A stretch of 64,000 nt of DNA from Trichoplax adhaerens (lineage: Eukaryota > Animalia > Placozoa). Positions 12,601-26,300 of this stretch are shown here, one piece after another. A program made the position numbers and the translations under genes. The stretch spans positions 1,105,902-1,169,901 of the forward strand of contig NW_002060959.1 in the NCBI RefSeq assembly GCF_000150275.1, read 5' to 3'. Below the pieces are notes generated by a model. The model did not search any database and was not told the origin of the DNA. It saw only the letters and a program-made list of their open reading frames with translations. How positions within the stretch are numbered: the first letter of the stretch is position 1; every line of letters begins with the position of its first letter.

Positions 12601-13552
12601 AATGCCAAATACCGTTAGCGGTTTCGGCGGCAATGTTGATTTTGTAGATGCTGATGTTGATCCAGAATTAGCTATGGTACAAATGAGATAGATAGTTTGT
12701 ATCATCCAATAGCTGAACACCGTAAATGCCATTGATAATTTTTATAAATTATTGTTTCATCAGGCTCTTCGCGTTTCTCTTGAAGAATCGCGGCAAAGAC
12801 AAGAAGAAGAAAGTAAGAAAGCAAATTCTGTTGCGGCTCAGGATGGCAGTGCATTTACACCCAATCCAAGTCAGTTACAGTGTAAATTATATTCGTTGCT
12901 GTTAATGTACATTGTTTCATAGTTACCAGACTAATTAGTTTACTATTGGTTTATAGGTTCTATTGAAGAATCATTACTTGAACAAGCATTGGCCATTTCT
13001 CTAGATTCTAGAATGGAGACAACTACTCCAAATACGGATAGGCCAGATACAACGCCGAGGGTAAGATAGTCAAAAATTGATCCGTTACTGTCATTATCCA
13101 ATTCTATAGGTTAGAATCAGCTAAAAAGGATGTCCAGTGTTATGAAGAGCAACTGATATTAATCGATGATTTTATTCACTATGGAATTATTGCATTCAGG
13201 AGGTCTCAAGTTTAACTGAAGAGGAACAAATGGAACTTGCTATGCAGATGTCATTACAAGGTAGGCCTATAACTGTAATAGATATGTAATGATTGCTTGT
13301 TGAATTTTATATTGATTTTGGATAGACTTTAAAGATATACGAGAAGGCAATGATGGAAATAAAGAAATGGACGAGGAAATGGATGCTACGGATTTAATTT
13401 CCGATCCATCAGTGTTACAAACGGTATTGGGTAGTTTAGAAGGAATCGATCCGAATAGCGATATGGTAAGAAATTTAATGGGATCTCTACAAGAAGAGGA
13501 AGAGGCTATGGATGTAGATGATGGTAAAAAGGAGAATAAAGATGCAAAATGA
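9651..13552 (+). CDS. PSMD4: 26S proteasome non-ATPase regulatory subunit 4 (Rpn10/S5a), about 11 exons
   Basis: Exon 1 (9651-9676, MVLESTMI) splices GT-AG to 9814-9954 ([27 protein letters not shown]...[10 protein letters not shown]). Later exons give [56 protein letters not shown] and [20 protein letters not shown], then UIMs ([14 protein letters not shown]; [16 protein letters not shown]). Stop at 13552. Confidence 0.95.
10522..10837. repeat. ~80-bp imperfect direct repeat inside PSMD4 intron 2
   Basis: TTCCTTCTGCTACG..AT.ATCCATTT.TATGGAA.TA.AAGTACAAGTGA..CAAAATCAGATAGTA occurs at ~10527 and ~10762. Confidence 0.7.
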
Positions 13553-14777
13553 AGTACCGTCAGCGTACAACGATTAGGGTGCATTTACTGTATATCTCTA
13601 CCTGTAGTTGCGCTGTCATTGCTTACCTAAGATTGTTAATACAGTGTTTGAAGTGACCGAAATTATTGCCATTGGTTGCGCGAGTGTAGTCAATTCAACT
13701 TTTTATACCAACATTAAGATTACCGAGTAACCATCGTTATAGGTTGTATACAAAATATTTAATGACTGTGCTATTCATTGTCATTACATATCTTTATATT
13801 GATTTAAGTTCGATATAACGTTATTGGAAGAAATCGTTGATATTCACGTCTGTATTTGATATGGTATTACTGCCATACATAATAAAATCCTAGAATATTG
13901 CACTTTCAAGGGTTTCAGACCTTACTAATCGAATTACTAACAACTAACATTTCTGCTCGGATGGATTAACATTTAGACATCAATTCTATCGCTAGTGTAT
14001 CGTCTCAAACGTTTCACCTACATACAGAGCATAATATCTGCAATAAATGCATTGCCTTAAAATTTCAGGATGAATTACGAATCATTGTCGTTAGTCAAGG
14101 CTGAAATAGTTACGTAAAAATAGAATACATACACTACGTGACAATTAGATTCTCAACGGCATGAAAAACGATTGATGCTTTCTGTTTGTGTACATCATTC
14201 CGAATTTTAGATGTATGTGTGAAATGCTACGACTAATAAAACGATTTATGTACCAATAGTTATAGACAAACAGTTACGATAATAGTGAAGTCAATTGTAT
14301 TTTCTACCAATAGCCAGTAGGCGATTTTAAATGATACTGTTCTATATACAAATACAGGTAAATATAACTTTGAAAACATTTTAGTATAGCACCACATTCA
14401 ATTCAAGTCCTGAAATACATGCACCAATTTCGAAAAAATAAGTGCCATGTCATTGATAAAGATCGTACGGGGTAAAGCCTTTGTACAAAGATAGTGAGTT
14501 TTAAAATGGGAGATATTACATGAAAGATTAATTTATGATATAGCTATCAATTTTAATTAAAAATGTCTTGTTATGGTAAATTCCATACTGCATGACTACC
14601 TTAAATAACAGGTACTGGTAAATATTAGAAAGATACCAGCAATTATTACATACAAATATAGCACATGTACAATCAGGAACAATGATAAATCAGTAGCAGG
14701 TCATTTGCGTCCATATATGAGCGCTTCATACTTTTAACAAATTTTCGTGATGCTTATGATGATATGGTATGCCACCA

Positions 14778-17700
14778 TTAGTTGGACTTGTTAATATCTT
14801 GGTCATCGTCGATACACTGGTGGCAAAGCAAAACCATCTCTCCACAGCTATTCTTAGACTGAATTCTACCGTTAGCGTGCGTTTTACAAAATGAATTCGG
14901 ACAACGGCTACATAACTGATTAGCAGCTTTACCACAAATATCACAATGATGCCACGGGCAATCCCATTTTCCTCGAGGGATACCATCAATTGTTAGACAT
15001 TCCAAGTGATAGCATTTATAGCAACTTTTACGACTGCACATTATTAGCTGTCCGCCATCACCACACACATAGCATTCATCTTCGTGTTTGATTGCTCTTT
15101 TTCGCTTTTTTCGTTTTTTGCGCTTACCTTGACCATTATTATTCTTGTTACTTTTATTATTGCCGCCATCCTTCCCTTTAGTAGTGGTCGTACTTTTAAT
15201 TTTAGCTCCTAGATACTTTCTGCAGAGTTTCGAGCCGCAATGGCATTCCGCTTGATCGTTTCCAACAGCATGTAGTCGGTAATCAAAAGTCAATTCTTCT
15301 CCTTGTTTGATATCGTCAATTGCAAACAAACCTATACAGGTGAGACCATTTACAGTCCATTTGTGGGTTTCACAGTTTGGCTGGCAACTATGGTTCATGA
15401 AACGAGCCAAGTTGCCTTTCTGACCTGCATCGATAATGACATCTTTGTCAATATTTAACATATAAAAATTCTTTTCCCCTTTCGATTGTGCCATTTTTAT
15501 CCTTTGATAGCAAGTTTTCTCATTGAGTAATTCTCCTACGTACTCTACCACCAAAGTACCCGCATAAATATCTTCGGCTGATTTTAAGCCCCAACCACAC
15601 TGGTTTGATTTAAATATTTCACTTTTTGCGTACTCTAACTTTTGAAAACGCTGGTTTTGGCATTTATCACCAGCCGGACACATACTTGAGTTGCATTCAC
15701 ACATTAACATACGATTTATACAATTAGAACTACTACCACAAGGAGCTTCGTCAGTCGGTTTACAACTACAAGGTGTGTACTCGGTTAAATTTGGCCTTAT
15801 TAAAGCATCCACCAATTTATTCATCTATGTGATGAAAGAGAGCAATTACTATTCGATTTGCTTATTAAATTTTACAACGCACATTACAACATAAATAGAA
15901 ATAGAGAATGTAAAGATACCACGGTGAATTTGATAATGGTGATATACTGAAGCAGTTGTTACCTTGATATGCTTGTAACTCGGAGGCTTTTGAGATCTCC
16001 TTTCTTGACTTTTTGCTTCCTTTTTTTCTCTGCTTATTTTCCGTTGCGTAAATTTTTCTTCTGCTTCTTTCAATGCTGTGACGTAGATATATATATATAT
16101 ATATATATATGAGGTGATGTTTAACATTCACATAACTTGCAGTAAAGACCGTAGATTGAGTAAAACGCTTCGATAGACTCACCTTTACCAAATGATTTGA
16201 CAATTCCTTTACGACCTAATTTGCTTGCTCTACCATCAATATCTTCCTCTTCGTAACCAAAAATACGCGATATTGATGTCCAGCTATAATCATGTGATCC
16301 CAAAAATTGCACCGAAAATTCTCCCGGACCATGCTTTAGTGCTAAGATATTATCCGGCACATACTTACGATTACAGACTTCAGCTGGCCACCAACTAGCA
16401 TCAATTTTGAGGTAAAGCATCATTAAAATTTCTTTATTGACATATTTTATTATTACCATTTATCAACCGAGAAATACTGGTCACACTACTTATAACAGCA
16501 CTTAAATAACGTAAATCTCACCGGTAGGCTCCAATTTTAACCCAAACAATATCTCCAATGACAGGAAATTTGCCATCAATACATCCTCTACAGAACCATT
16601 TATCTTCGTTAGGCTTTGGACGACATTTCTCATCCAAGCAATTTTCATGATAAGATGCAGGACATAACTCGCAACAAATTAAATTTCCTCCTTGAGAGCA
16701 GGCAAAGCACCAACCGACATTAACATGTTTGACTTTTGCATCTAAATGCTATAAAGGTAATTGAGTGATAGAAAATATTATAAGAATTTCATTACACATA
16801 AACATTTGATCAATAGGTAAATTTTTCTACTATAAAGAAAATGGAGCTTTCTTTTCACTGTACCTTGTTGCAAATAATTGCGGATGAATTTAATACCTTA
16901 CACCCTGCCGGCAAGCAAGCTTCACTGGCATGATATGAGACTGGGCAATAAATACATCGTGCTAATTTCTTCTGGATAACAACATCAAAATTTTCGTCAT
17001 TTTTCGATATTGCGAATGCAGTACATGTAGTACAGACATGCCGTGGACACCTAATGCATCCTTCTTCACTAACTTGACCACATGTAAACTGCGATATACA
17101 TGTGTCATGATAACATTTTCCGCACCCGGCTACTTTGCATGGCAGTACAGGCGGCTCGCTACTTCCACACACGAAACATTTCCTAGTACCACTTGTACAT
17201 TCCTGACACTTGAATCCTTTAACTGGCCATTCAGTTATACCGAGACATTCCAGATGAAACTTTGAAAAACAACCACCCTGACATGTAACTAATTTCTCGC
17301 CAATTCCTTCGCACAACATACAAACGCCTTTACTTCCAGGTGATTCACGAGCTCGACTTCTAGGCTTAGAGAGCTTGCGTTTTTCAACTTTATTAGATGT
17401 TGCCTTATTTCCTCTTCCTTTCACTTTTTTTGGAGATATCATCCGGGTTCGTTGATTCTTTAAGATTCGTTTGTCATTTACTAGCGACACCATAATGTCT
17501 TCTGGAAGGGTCACTTTATTATCACTAATTGTTTTATTCATCAGTTTTTTAGTCATAGGTTTAACAACGATTTTACATTTTCTGGAATTTCTGACAATGT
17601 CTATATCAGTAGTGGTCTTTTTTTGGTTTTCCTGATTACGCTTTTTCTTGTTAGGGGTAAGGCCTTCAACTACGTGGCCTTGTAATTTACTCGATAACTT

Positions 17701-18657
17701 TCTTTTTCGTGGTGATCTTTTAAGGTGACACTCAGACTCTTCTGGATACGGAGAATTATGCACAAGCTCTTGATGTATCTGCTCTTCATTATCATTATTA
17801 CTACTGCTATCTTGAAATGTGTTGTTTATTACAGTACTGTCTTTTTTATTGTAGCATTTATGATTTTTAATATCGATAGGATCATCGATTTTTGTTCTCT
17901 TGGTCCCTCTAAGACCATTGACGGAATTTATCCTTTTGGCTCTCGTTGACGTATTTGAAGTATGATTGGTGTCCTTTGACAGTATATCTTTTGTTGGACT
18001 CAGATTAGTCGTTGCTTTGATAATTTGTACCAATCTTTCCTTCCTCGGTAACTGTAATGCTACTTTTGCTTCATCAATTGCTAGAGTTATTAATTCCTCT
18101 CCACAGTTTGATAGGGAATTACTATGGTTAACCGGAAATTGAGGGAGCTGATTGTCACTTGTAAACGAGATTAATAGCTTTTCAGGTATCCAACTATAAC
18201 TAACTTTACTACCGAAGTAGCGAACATGATAAAAAATAATCTTATGGCGGCCACGAATTGAAGTGAATAAGCCAGTTTTCGGTTCATAAACTATCATTGC
18301 TGGCCACCAAGGATGGCCGCTAATTTTACTCCATACAATGTCACCAACAATCCTATTTTTAAGCTGCATTGCTTGACATTCGTGATTTTGAGCATCGGAT
18401 ATTGATTGTTTAATAAGGCTTAACTCTAATTGGTTATTTATGGTATTAGGTAATTCTAATATTTTAACATTATGATCATTTTTTATACTAGCATCCATTA
18501 CGGCAACTTTTGCATCAACAGTAGCTTCCCCATTATTTTGAACATTTATAGCATCAGGCATCTTTGGCATTTCAGTTTCTCTTAAAGCTGATTGGCAAAT
18601 ATCAGGATTGTCCTTATGAATAATTTCTTGCTTGGTTTCTAGTACGACGGATGGCAT
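14778..18657 (-). CDS. NSD1: NSD-family histone H3K36 methyltransferase (PWWP-PHDx4-PWWP-AWS-SET-postSET-PHD-C5HCH), 5 coding exons
   Basis: Exons approx. 18657-16864, 16748-16522, 16394-16183, 16075-15963 and 15824-14778. PWWP1: GDIVWSKISGHPWWPAMI. PHD Cys/His arrays. PWWP2: GDIVWVKIGAYR|WWPAEV. SET: GWGL, EYVGE, KGNLARFMNHSCQPN, GEELTFDY. Post-SET: CHCGSKLCRKYLG. C-terminal KWDCPWHHCDIC. Probably co-orthologous to NSD1/2/3. Confidence 0.93.
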
Positions 18658-18924
18658 TTTTATTGGTTATTTCTACAGATTAACAAAGATGTCGGCATTT
18701 AGCCCCTCAAAGCATACAGAAACTACACACGCAGTATGATAGTTAATCAAACTAGTTCAAATTCTAATCCTATTCTACTGTATCTATATGTATTATTATG
18801 AGTGCCCCAAAATTTGGAACTAAAAGCACAAATTAGAATTGTTATTTGAGCTAAATTTTTGAATATAATGTGTACTGTATTAATAACCATAGGTGCATGC
18901 TACACACAATAATTATATATATAT

Positions 18925-19740
18925 ATATAATTGGGTCAACTTTTATATAACAGTCTATTTTATTGTACATTCTATAATCTAGTTACTACACATTAGTTGG
19001 GTAGACTTTTACAGTATATAACCATCTATTCTAGTGTAAATTGTACTGTATAATCTGGTTAGTACACATGAGTTGGGTAGATTTTCATATGACAGTCTAT
19101 TCTGTAATCGAGTTACTACACATTGGTTGAGTAGACATTTGTATGACAATTTATTCTAGTGTATATCCTATAATCTGGTTAGTGCACATTAGTTGGGTAG
19201 ACTTTTATAAACCATTTATTCTAGCATCTCTTGTACTGTATAACTAGGTTACTACACATTAGTTGGGTAGATATTTATATGACAGTCTATTCTAGTGTAC
19301 AGTTTATTGCATAATCTGGTTACTACACTTTTAGTTGGGTAGCTATTTGAGCGTATATGACAAGCTATTCTTGTGTATATTCTATAATCTAGTAACTATA
19401 CATTAATTGGGTAGACTGATATATGACAAACTAATTTAGTTACTCCACCTTAGTTGGGTAGACTTTTGTATGACAATCTATTGTATAATCTGGTTACTAC
19501 ACATTAGTTGGGTAGACTTTTATATGACAATCTAATCTAGCGTATATTGCATAATCTAGTACTATACATTAGTTGGGTAGATATTTATAGGACAGTCTAT
19601 TTTATCTATAATTAGGCTATTACACATTAATCGGATAGACGTTTATATGATAATCTATTCTTGCGTTTACGTATTCTATAATCTAGTTGCTACACATTCG
19701 TTGGACAGACTTTTGTATGACAATCTATAGTATTCTTGCG
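18925..19740. repeat. Minisatellite, ~13 degenerate copies of a ~50-75-bp unit, upstream of the NSD ATG (probably in a 5'-UTR intron)
   Basis: Recurring core TATAATCTGGTTACTACACATTAGTTGGGTAGACTTTTATATGACAGTCTATT. Confidence 0.9.
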
Positions 19741-21539
19741 TATCATCGAGTTACTTCATTTTGGACGGTTACTGCTCAATATGATCAACTGAGCCAAATA
19801 TACAGTATGACTATAGATATTGCAGCATTTGAGTGTCCAATTTCTGTGCGATTATTACTCAAACGCTTATCAAGTACGTCCAACTTTCTACTACAGTAAT
19901 ATGCCCCTTAATTTTGGAATGGGAGGTGAACATTACTAGTAGGAATTGACATTCCATGTCAAGATTGATCCATTTCAGTGGATTGATAGCACGTCTTGGA
20001 TAGTGTTAGCAAACGATAAACTTTACCGGTGATATCATAACATCCTATGATGATATACAATAGGCTATCCTACAAGAGTTGGATCAATCAGCTATCCATC
20101 TTGAGTATTTGTGTACACTTGCATCAGCACGTGCCATCTTCCTTGAGCATGGAGATTGTTAGGAAATGGAGATCATGTTGGTCGATTGATGATCATTGTT
20201 CAATGCACAGTATGGAAATGACAGATTTACAAGATCGATATTGCTTTCACCTCTTTACTGCTACTGTCCCATTTCATGCAAGATACTAAAGCTCTAGAGC
20301 TGACTCGAATGATTTTACAGTATTTGATGCAAGAGAATAATTCAGCGTAGGGGCACTGCGTGTACGACTTTGGTTGCACATAGATCATAGGAATCATGGT
20401 GAACATTGCATTGGGTAATACAAGTTCACTGTTTATTCCTTCAAGTCGACTACATGAAAATGAAAAACAAGGTAAAATGTAGCTTACATCCACTCTTGAC
20501 ACCGATGAAAGTCTTACTGCAATGCTTGATTGAATAATGTCAATTTGATCAATCTTCATCCAGCAATGGCAGGAGACAAGGAAGAAAGAAATGGCAAGAA
20601 CAGGCAACGTCGATCCCCTTCGTCGATTCCCTTGCATATCAAATCGGTACAAATTAAGAGTGAAATGGAATGACAAGAGTTACATAGTCTAATGATTCTA
20701 CACCATACCAATTCTCGTATGTCTCTTATATCAACGGAAGAAAGCTATCATCCATCAGCAATTTGGATCAACTTAAGTAAACTATGGCAATTCCGAGGTG
20801 GAGAATGACGCTTGGCTAGCTGTTGAATGCAACTCCTTCTCTCACTGCTGCCAACTTGTATCGATTGGAGAACTTTTTTTGCAGATTGATTTCTGACTAC
20901 AGCGTCTTAATACCAACCATCCATTGAAGTAGACCAGTTCGATTACAAGTTCCAACCGATTGGATAGGCTAAAAAAGAGTAAAATAGACGATAAAAAGGG
21001 GTAAAATGCAGCCTAAAAGGAATAATTGAGCAAAGAGTGCCTGGATGGTATCTAGGTTGCGCGATCGAGGTTGAGTCGCGAGCCGTTTCACTTGACCAAG
21101 TGATGTGACCTGTACTATGGGTCGTGTCGATCGAGGTGGGTGATGTAGTGGTCTGAAGATGGACTTGGTATACTACTGCTCTAACAGGAGTAGAATACTA
21201 GAACAACAGTATGCATTAATAGTACGATATGGCTGATCTATACTAGATCGTCCGATCCCTGCGGGTGAAGTGTCGTACCGTACTGGTCTACACCACCGGA
21301 TGATGGCCATAACACCGTATAGGAAGTGAAGGATGATGTTGCTTACTAGATCCTACTCAATGATGCATCAATTAGCAATTGTACGCAACATTACGCCTGT
21401 CTCAGTAGGTATACTACTCTCCAGAACTATCCAATGCAACACTTTCTCTTCACCCTTGACTACACACTCAGTCACTACCTAGCCCATGACTACCTGGCCA
21501 ACATCGCCACTGGTGTTACCCACGCACCAGCTTCAAAAA

Positions 21540-21581
21540 CCCGCCAAAAAATGAGGAGGTTCACACACACCAGTGACGTCA
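21540..21581. promoter_or_regulatory. Candidate promoter elements (E2F-like site and CRE-like palindrome), possibly for the NSD gene
   Basis: CCCGCCAAAA (reverse complement TTTTGGCGGG) at ~21540-21549 and TGACGTCA at 21574-21581, in a locally GC-richer patch between the divergent NSD and BBS10 genes. Motif matches only. Confidence 0.3.
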
Positions 21582-21664
21582 GGACGAGCAGGTGAAGTCA
21601 GCTGGGGTGCTAAAACTAGCCCAAGTGGCTTGAGAGGGTTAGCTGTATAAACTCTTTGCCATGG

Positions 21665-22626
21665 AGGGAAATATGGCTGAAATCTCAGTTATTTTACTGT
21701 AAACTACTCTAAGATAGGATGATGTCGATCCTTTGCAAATCAAGAAATGAACAATGACCTTGTAGCAGAGTAGATTTTTGAATTGCATTCACAACTGCAG
21801 TGCAAGGCAAACTGTTTACTGGTCAAGGGACCCAATCCGTTGGCGACATGCTTATTTTACTGTAAGCTACTCTAAGATAGGATGATGTCGATCCTTTGCA
21901 AATCAAGAAATGAACAATGATCTTGTAGCAGAGTAGATTTTTGAATTGCGAGAAATATGGCTGAAACCTCAGTTATTTTACTGTTCACTACTCTAAGATA
22001 GGATAATGTCGATCATTTGCACATCAAGAAATGAACAATGATCTTGTAGCAGAGTAGATTTTTGAATTGCATCCACAACTGGAGTGCAAGGCAAACCGTT
22101 TACTGGTCAAGGGACCCAATCCGTTGGCGAGATGTTTATTTTACTGTAAGCTGCTCTAAGATAGGATGATGTCGATCCTTTGCAAATCAAGAAATGAACA
22201 ATGATCTTGTAGCAGAGTAGATTTTTGAATTGCGAGAAATATGGCTGAAACCTCAGTTATTTTACTGTTCACTACTCTAAGATAGGATAATGTCGATCCT
22301 TTGCAAATCAAGAAATGAACGATGACCTTGTAGCAGTGTAGATTTTTGAATTGCATCCACAACTGGAGTGCAAGACAAACTGTTTATTGGCCAAGGGCAT
22401 TCACAACTGGAGTGCAAGGCAAACTGTTTACTGGCCAAGGGACCCAATCCGTTGGCGACATGCTTATTTTACTGTAAGCTGCTCTAAGATAGGATGATGT
22501 CGATCCTTTGCAAATCAAGAAATGAACAATGATCTTGTAACAGAGTAGATTTTGGAATTGCATTCACAACTATAGTACAAGGCAAACTATTTACCGGCCA
22601 AGGGACCCAATCCGCTGGCGACATGC
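21665..22626. repeat. Composite tandem array with a 284-bp higher-order unit
   Basis: Core CTCTAAGATAGGATGATGTCGATCCTTTGCAAATCAAGAAATGAACAATGA at ~21706, 21869, 21990, 22153, 22274 and 22481 (spacings 163, 121, 163, 121, 207). Confidence 0.92.
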
Positions 22627-23282
22627 CTAGTCTGTTTATGCATTAGATCTGTTCCGTGATGCAATGCAACCGATAGACACCGATGTAGATTAAGAATGGG
22701 TTGAGTTTGTTCGTTAACTCCTACAGTTGAAACCATAACTAAATCCATGGAGGTAAAAGAAAACCTCCACCACCACTAACTCATTGCTTATATAAAATAA
22801 GTCCAACGGATCGTAAGGTAACGATAGCAACGAGTCCAGTACCAGTAATCAGTCAAGCCAAGTACATGTCTCGTGCTTCATAGTATACACACAGCGCTTG
22901 AGTTAGGTTCGAGTAGTATACCATACTCATGCCAAGCGACAGGATCAGTGTTCCGTACCGAACCATTCCGTACCGACTCGTTCCGTTGCACTAGCAGCTT
23001 CCAGTACGCAAGTCCGTTCGAGCCATCATTAAGTCAAGTCAAATGAATGAAAAATGGCGAAAATCGTCGTCTAGTGGATATTTTTCCATCGTTAGACTAG
23101 GTGGAGTAGAGCAGAGAGGATTAATTTTACTTATAAAATCAGCCTATAATCCATATTGTAAAAATTAGACCGTGAAATATCACCAAGCTTTGATATTAAC
23201 CAGCTTATCTTGAGACCAAATCCCCAACATTTCGATCAAGGCATCTTCGATTCGCCCAAAACCTCGTATGAGAATACTGGCG

Positions 23283-23296
23283 ATCTCATTGGCAAC
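23283..23296. promoter_or_regulatory. X-box-like (RFX) motif ~105 bp upstream of the BBS10-like ATG
   Basis: ATCTCATTGGCAAC has a perfect GGCAAC half-site and one mismatch to RTHNYYWTRRNRAC. BBS genes are commonly RFX targets. Confidence 0.4.
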
Positions 23297-23399
23297 GAAG
23301 CCTTAATCAACTCTTCTAATGGTTGTAGCCTATACTGACTTACTACACGAATTTCTTACCTGAAAGGAAAGAGAAACGCCAAATAGAACAGATAATATC

Positions 23400-26300
23400 A
23401 TGTCTGTGGCGATGATCAGGTTGCCATGATCAAAATGAAATCTTCATCTTCCATTATGACGATAATAAATAAGAATAACAATAATCGAAAATAAATAATT
23501 GTCTGTCAATCTTGCAAGGCCTTGTGCCACTGGCCTACTGTAGATTCTCCATTCTGACGTTAATAGTGTATCGACGATAAATTGTGTATCGCCACTTAAT
23601 TGATGGATTCACTTTGTTTATGTATATATATAACTCTTTATCCTTGATTGATAGAACTGCTAGCCAGATTTGCAATTCACTAGAAGATATCTTAGCTAAA
23701 ACCTATGGTCCTGTAGGAATGGACGTCTTAATTGATGTCATGTCAACCAATGTTGTCGCTACCAATCATGGAAGTACCATTATCAATTCATTGCAGATAT
23801 CACACCCGGTAAGGGCACTATGCTATGCAATGGAATCGTCTTGTACTGTAGATTATTAAACAGCGTATACATTAAAGTGGATACTTGAAGGATATCATAC
23901 CGCCATACGCGTACATTAATATTACCACGTAATTATTAATGTGCTTCAAATTAATGTGGATACTTAAAGGAGATCATATCGGAATACAGTAATGTTAATT
24001 TTTATGTTACCTTATATATAGTTTAAATTAACGCGGATTCTGGAAGGAAATCATATCGGAATATATTGATGTAGTGATCTTTTATTTGTATGTGTTTTAA
24101 ATTAAGACAGATACTTGAAGGAGATCGTATCGCGGGATACATTATTATGATATGGTTATCTTTTAATTTCCCCTTTTATCATCTTTTATGTATTGTAAAT
24201 TATAGTAGATACTCGAAGGAGATCATATTGAGATACATAAATATTATTACCCATGTTATTATGTAGTTGTCATTCATGTATTTTAAATGGACGTGGATAC
24301 TTGACGGGGTTCATATCGGCATGCATTAATATTGTCATGTAGTTATTATTTATGTGTTTTAAATTAACGTGGATATTTACAGCAGATCATATCGGGCATA
24401 CATTAATAATGTTCTATAATTATCATTTATTTATATATTTTAAGTTAACGCGGATACTTGAAGGACATCGTATCGGGATACAATAATATTTATTATGTTT
24501 TCATCTTATATCTCGATGTTATAAATTAATGGGGACACTTAACTATTTTAAATTAATGGGAATACTTGAAGGAGATCATATCGGGGTGTATTAACATTAT
24601 TATGTAGTTATCTGATGTGTTTTAAATCAACGTAGATATTTGAAAGACACCATATCTGGATATATTAATATTATTATGCAGTTATCTTTTACGTATTTCA
24701 AATGAAAACAGATAGTCGTAAGTAATCATATAAGGATATACTAATACGGGAATATTATTATTTTAATCTTTTACCTGTTTAAGTTAACAGGGATGCCAAT
24801 AGGAAATCATATCGGGATACATTTATAATATTATTATGCTATCTTCTACGCGTTTCAAATTAATTGTGACACTTCAAGGGGGATCACATCAAGATCATTA
24901 ATATGTATTCTACAGTATAATCTTAACACGAATACTTGAAAGAGATCATGCTGTGGTAAAATAATACGTTACATATCATCTTTGCTTTTAAATTAGCACT
25001 AGCACTTCAAGGAGGTCATATCAAGATACCCAAATACATATACGTATTATATTCGTCCAGTATTATCACCCATTTAAAATCAATACTCATCGTGAAACAG
25101 TTCTTATCGAGATTTGTTACTATATATAGTCTATGATTATAAATTAATCCGAATACTTCAAAGAGACTATCCTAAGGTATATTAATATCATTTTCGATTC
25201 TTTTATCGTTTTATAAATAGGTAGGACAATTAATTACCAACTCGGTTAAGAAATTTTACGATAAAACAGGTAGAAGAGGAAAAATGCCCATTTGTAACTT
25301 GTCTAGTTATCCCTGTGCTATTGAGCGTCATGTATTGTTAAACTCAGTATTTTACTTATCTACTATTTTAATAGCAGGGTAAATTAAATTATATTTGTAA
25401 TTCTTAACCTAAACATTGTCACAGTATACGCAATTGATAGAATAATGTATAAGGAAGATGATAAAAGCATTTTGATAAATGATACATTTATTAGGTGATG
25501 GCTCAACCTCATTTGTATTGATAATGGCATCGATGATGAGACAGGTATGCTTGAATTAATGGTGGGAATAAATGCAAAAATTCATAATTTTTACCAAACC
25601 AAGTAATCAGATGTTATATATATAATATGCTACGCATGATACGCTAATTATTACTGGTTAAATCTATAAATCAAGGGTATATAGTGCACATTTTCTGCCT
25701 ATAAATTGTAAAGGTGATATGTATAGTAAGAGAATACTCGATCTATCTACTGCTCCTATTACGTAGATTTTGCGTCATGCGGAAAGTGAAGATACAAATA
25801 ATAAATGGCGTAGCGATCATAAGGAAACAATTATTAAATGTAAAACTATTTACTACTTATAAACCTTTCGATTACTACATTTCTAATCCCTCGATATATC
25901 CAATTTCTAAATGTATAATTATTGTCACATTGAATAAATTCTATTAGTATCTAGAGCTTTTAGGAAAGTCAATATTGATCTTGACCAGTATTTTACTCCC
26001 ATCTTACACAAAATGGTAAAAACATTAATCGCTTTGCTAAATATCGATTAGAAACGATAAAAATGTAAGTACTGAGTAGCATGATAAAACTTTTTTTTAT
26101 AAATATCTGATTATGTAGGCGACTTGTCTAACTGACTTCAATAAAAACTCTGTCATTGAGTCCCTTAATGGCATTATTACCACAGGTAAGATATTTGATA
26201 GTATTGCATGCTTGGCTTTTTCCGTATAATTATGCTTTAGTAATACGTATATTTTTAGCTTATTTCTTTATACAAATCGAAAGCATTTAAGGTGATTGTA

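Noticed and set aside
20047-20676. 80-aa and 149-aa ORFs upstream of the NSD gene
   Set aside because: No recognisable motifs or exon chain; probably 5'-UTR intron or intergenic sequence.
23868-25190. CRISPR-like look: conserved core with variable linkers
   Set aside because: The linkers resemble one another, the cores are degenerate, the array lies in a spliceosomal intron and no cas genes are present. It is a minisatellite.
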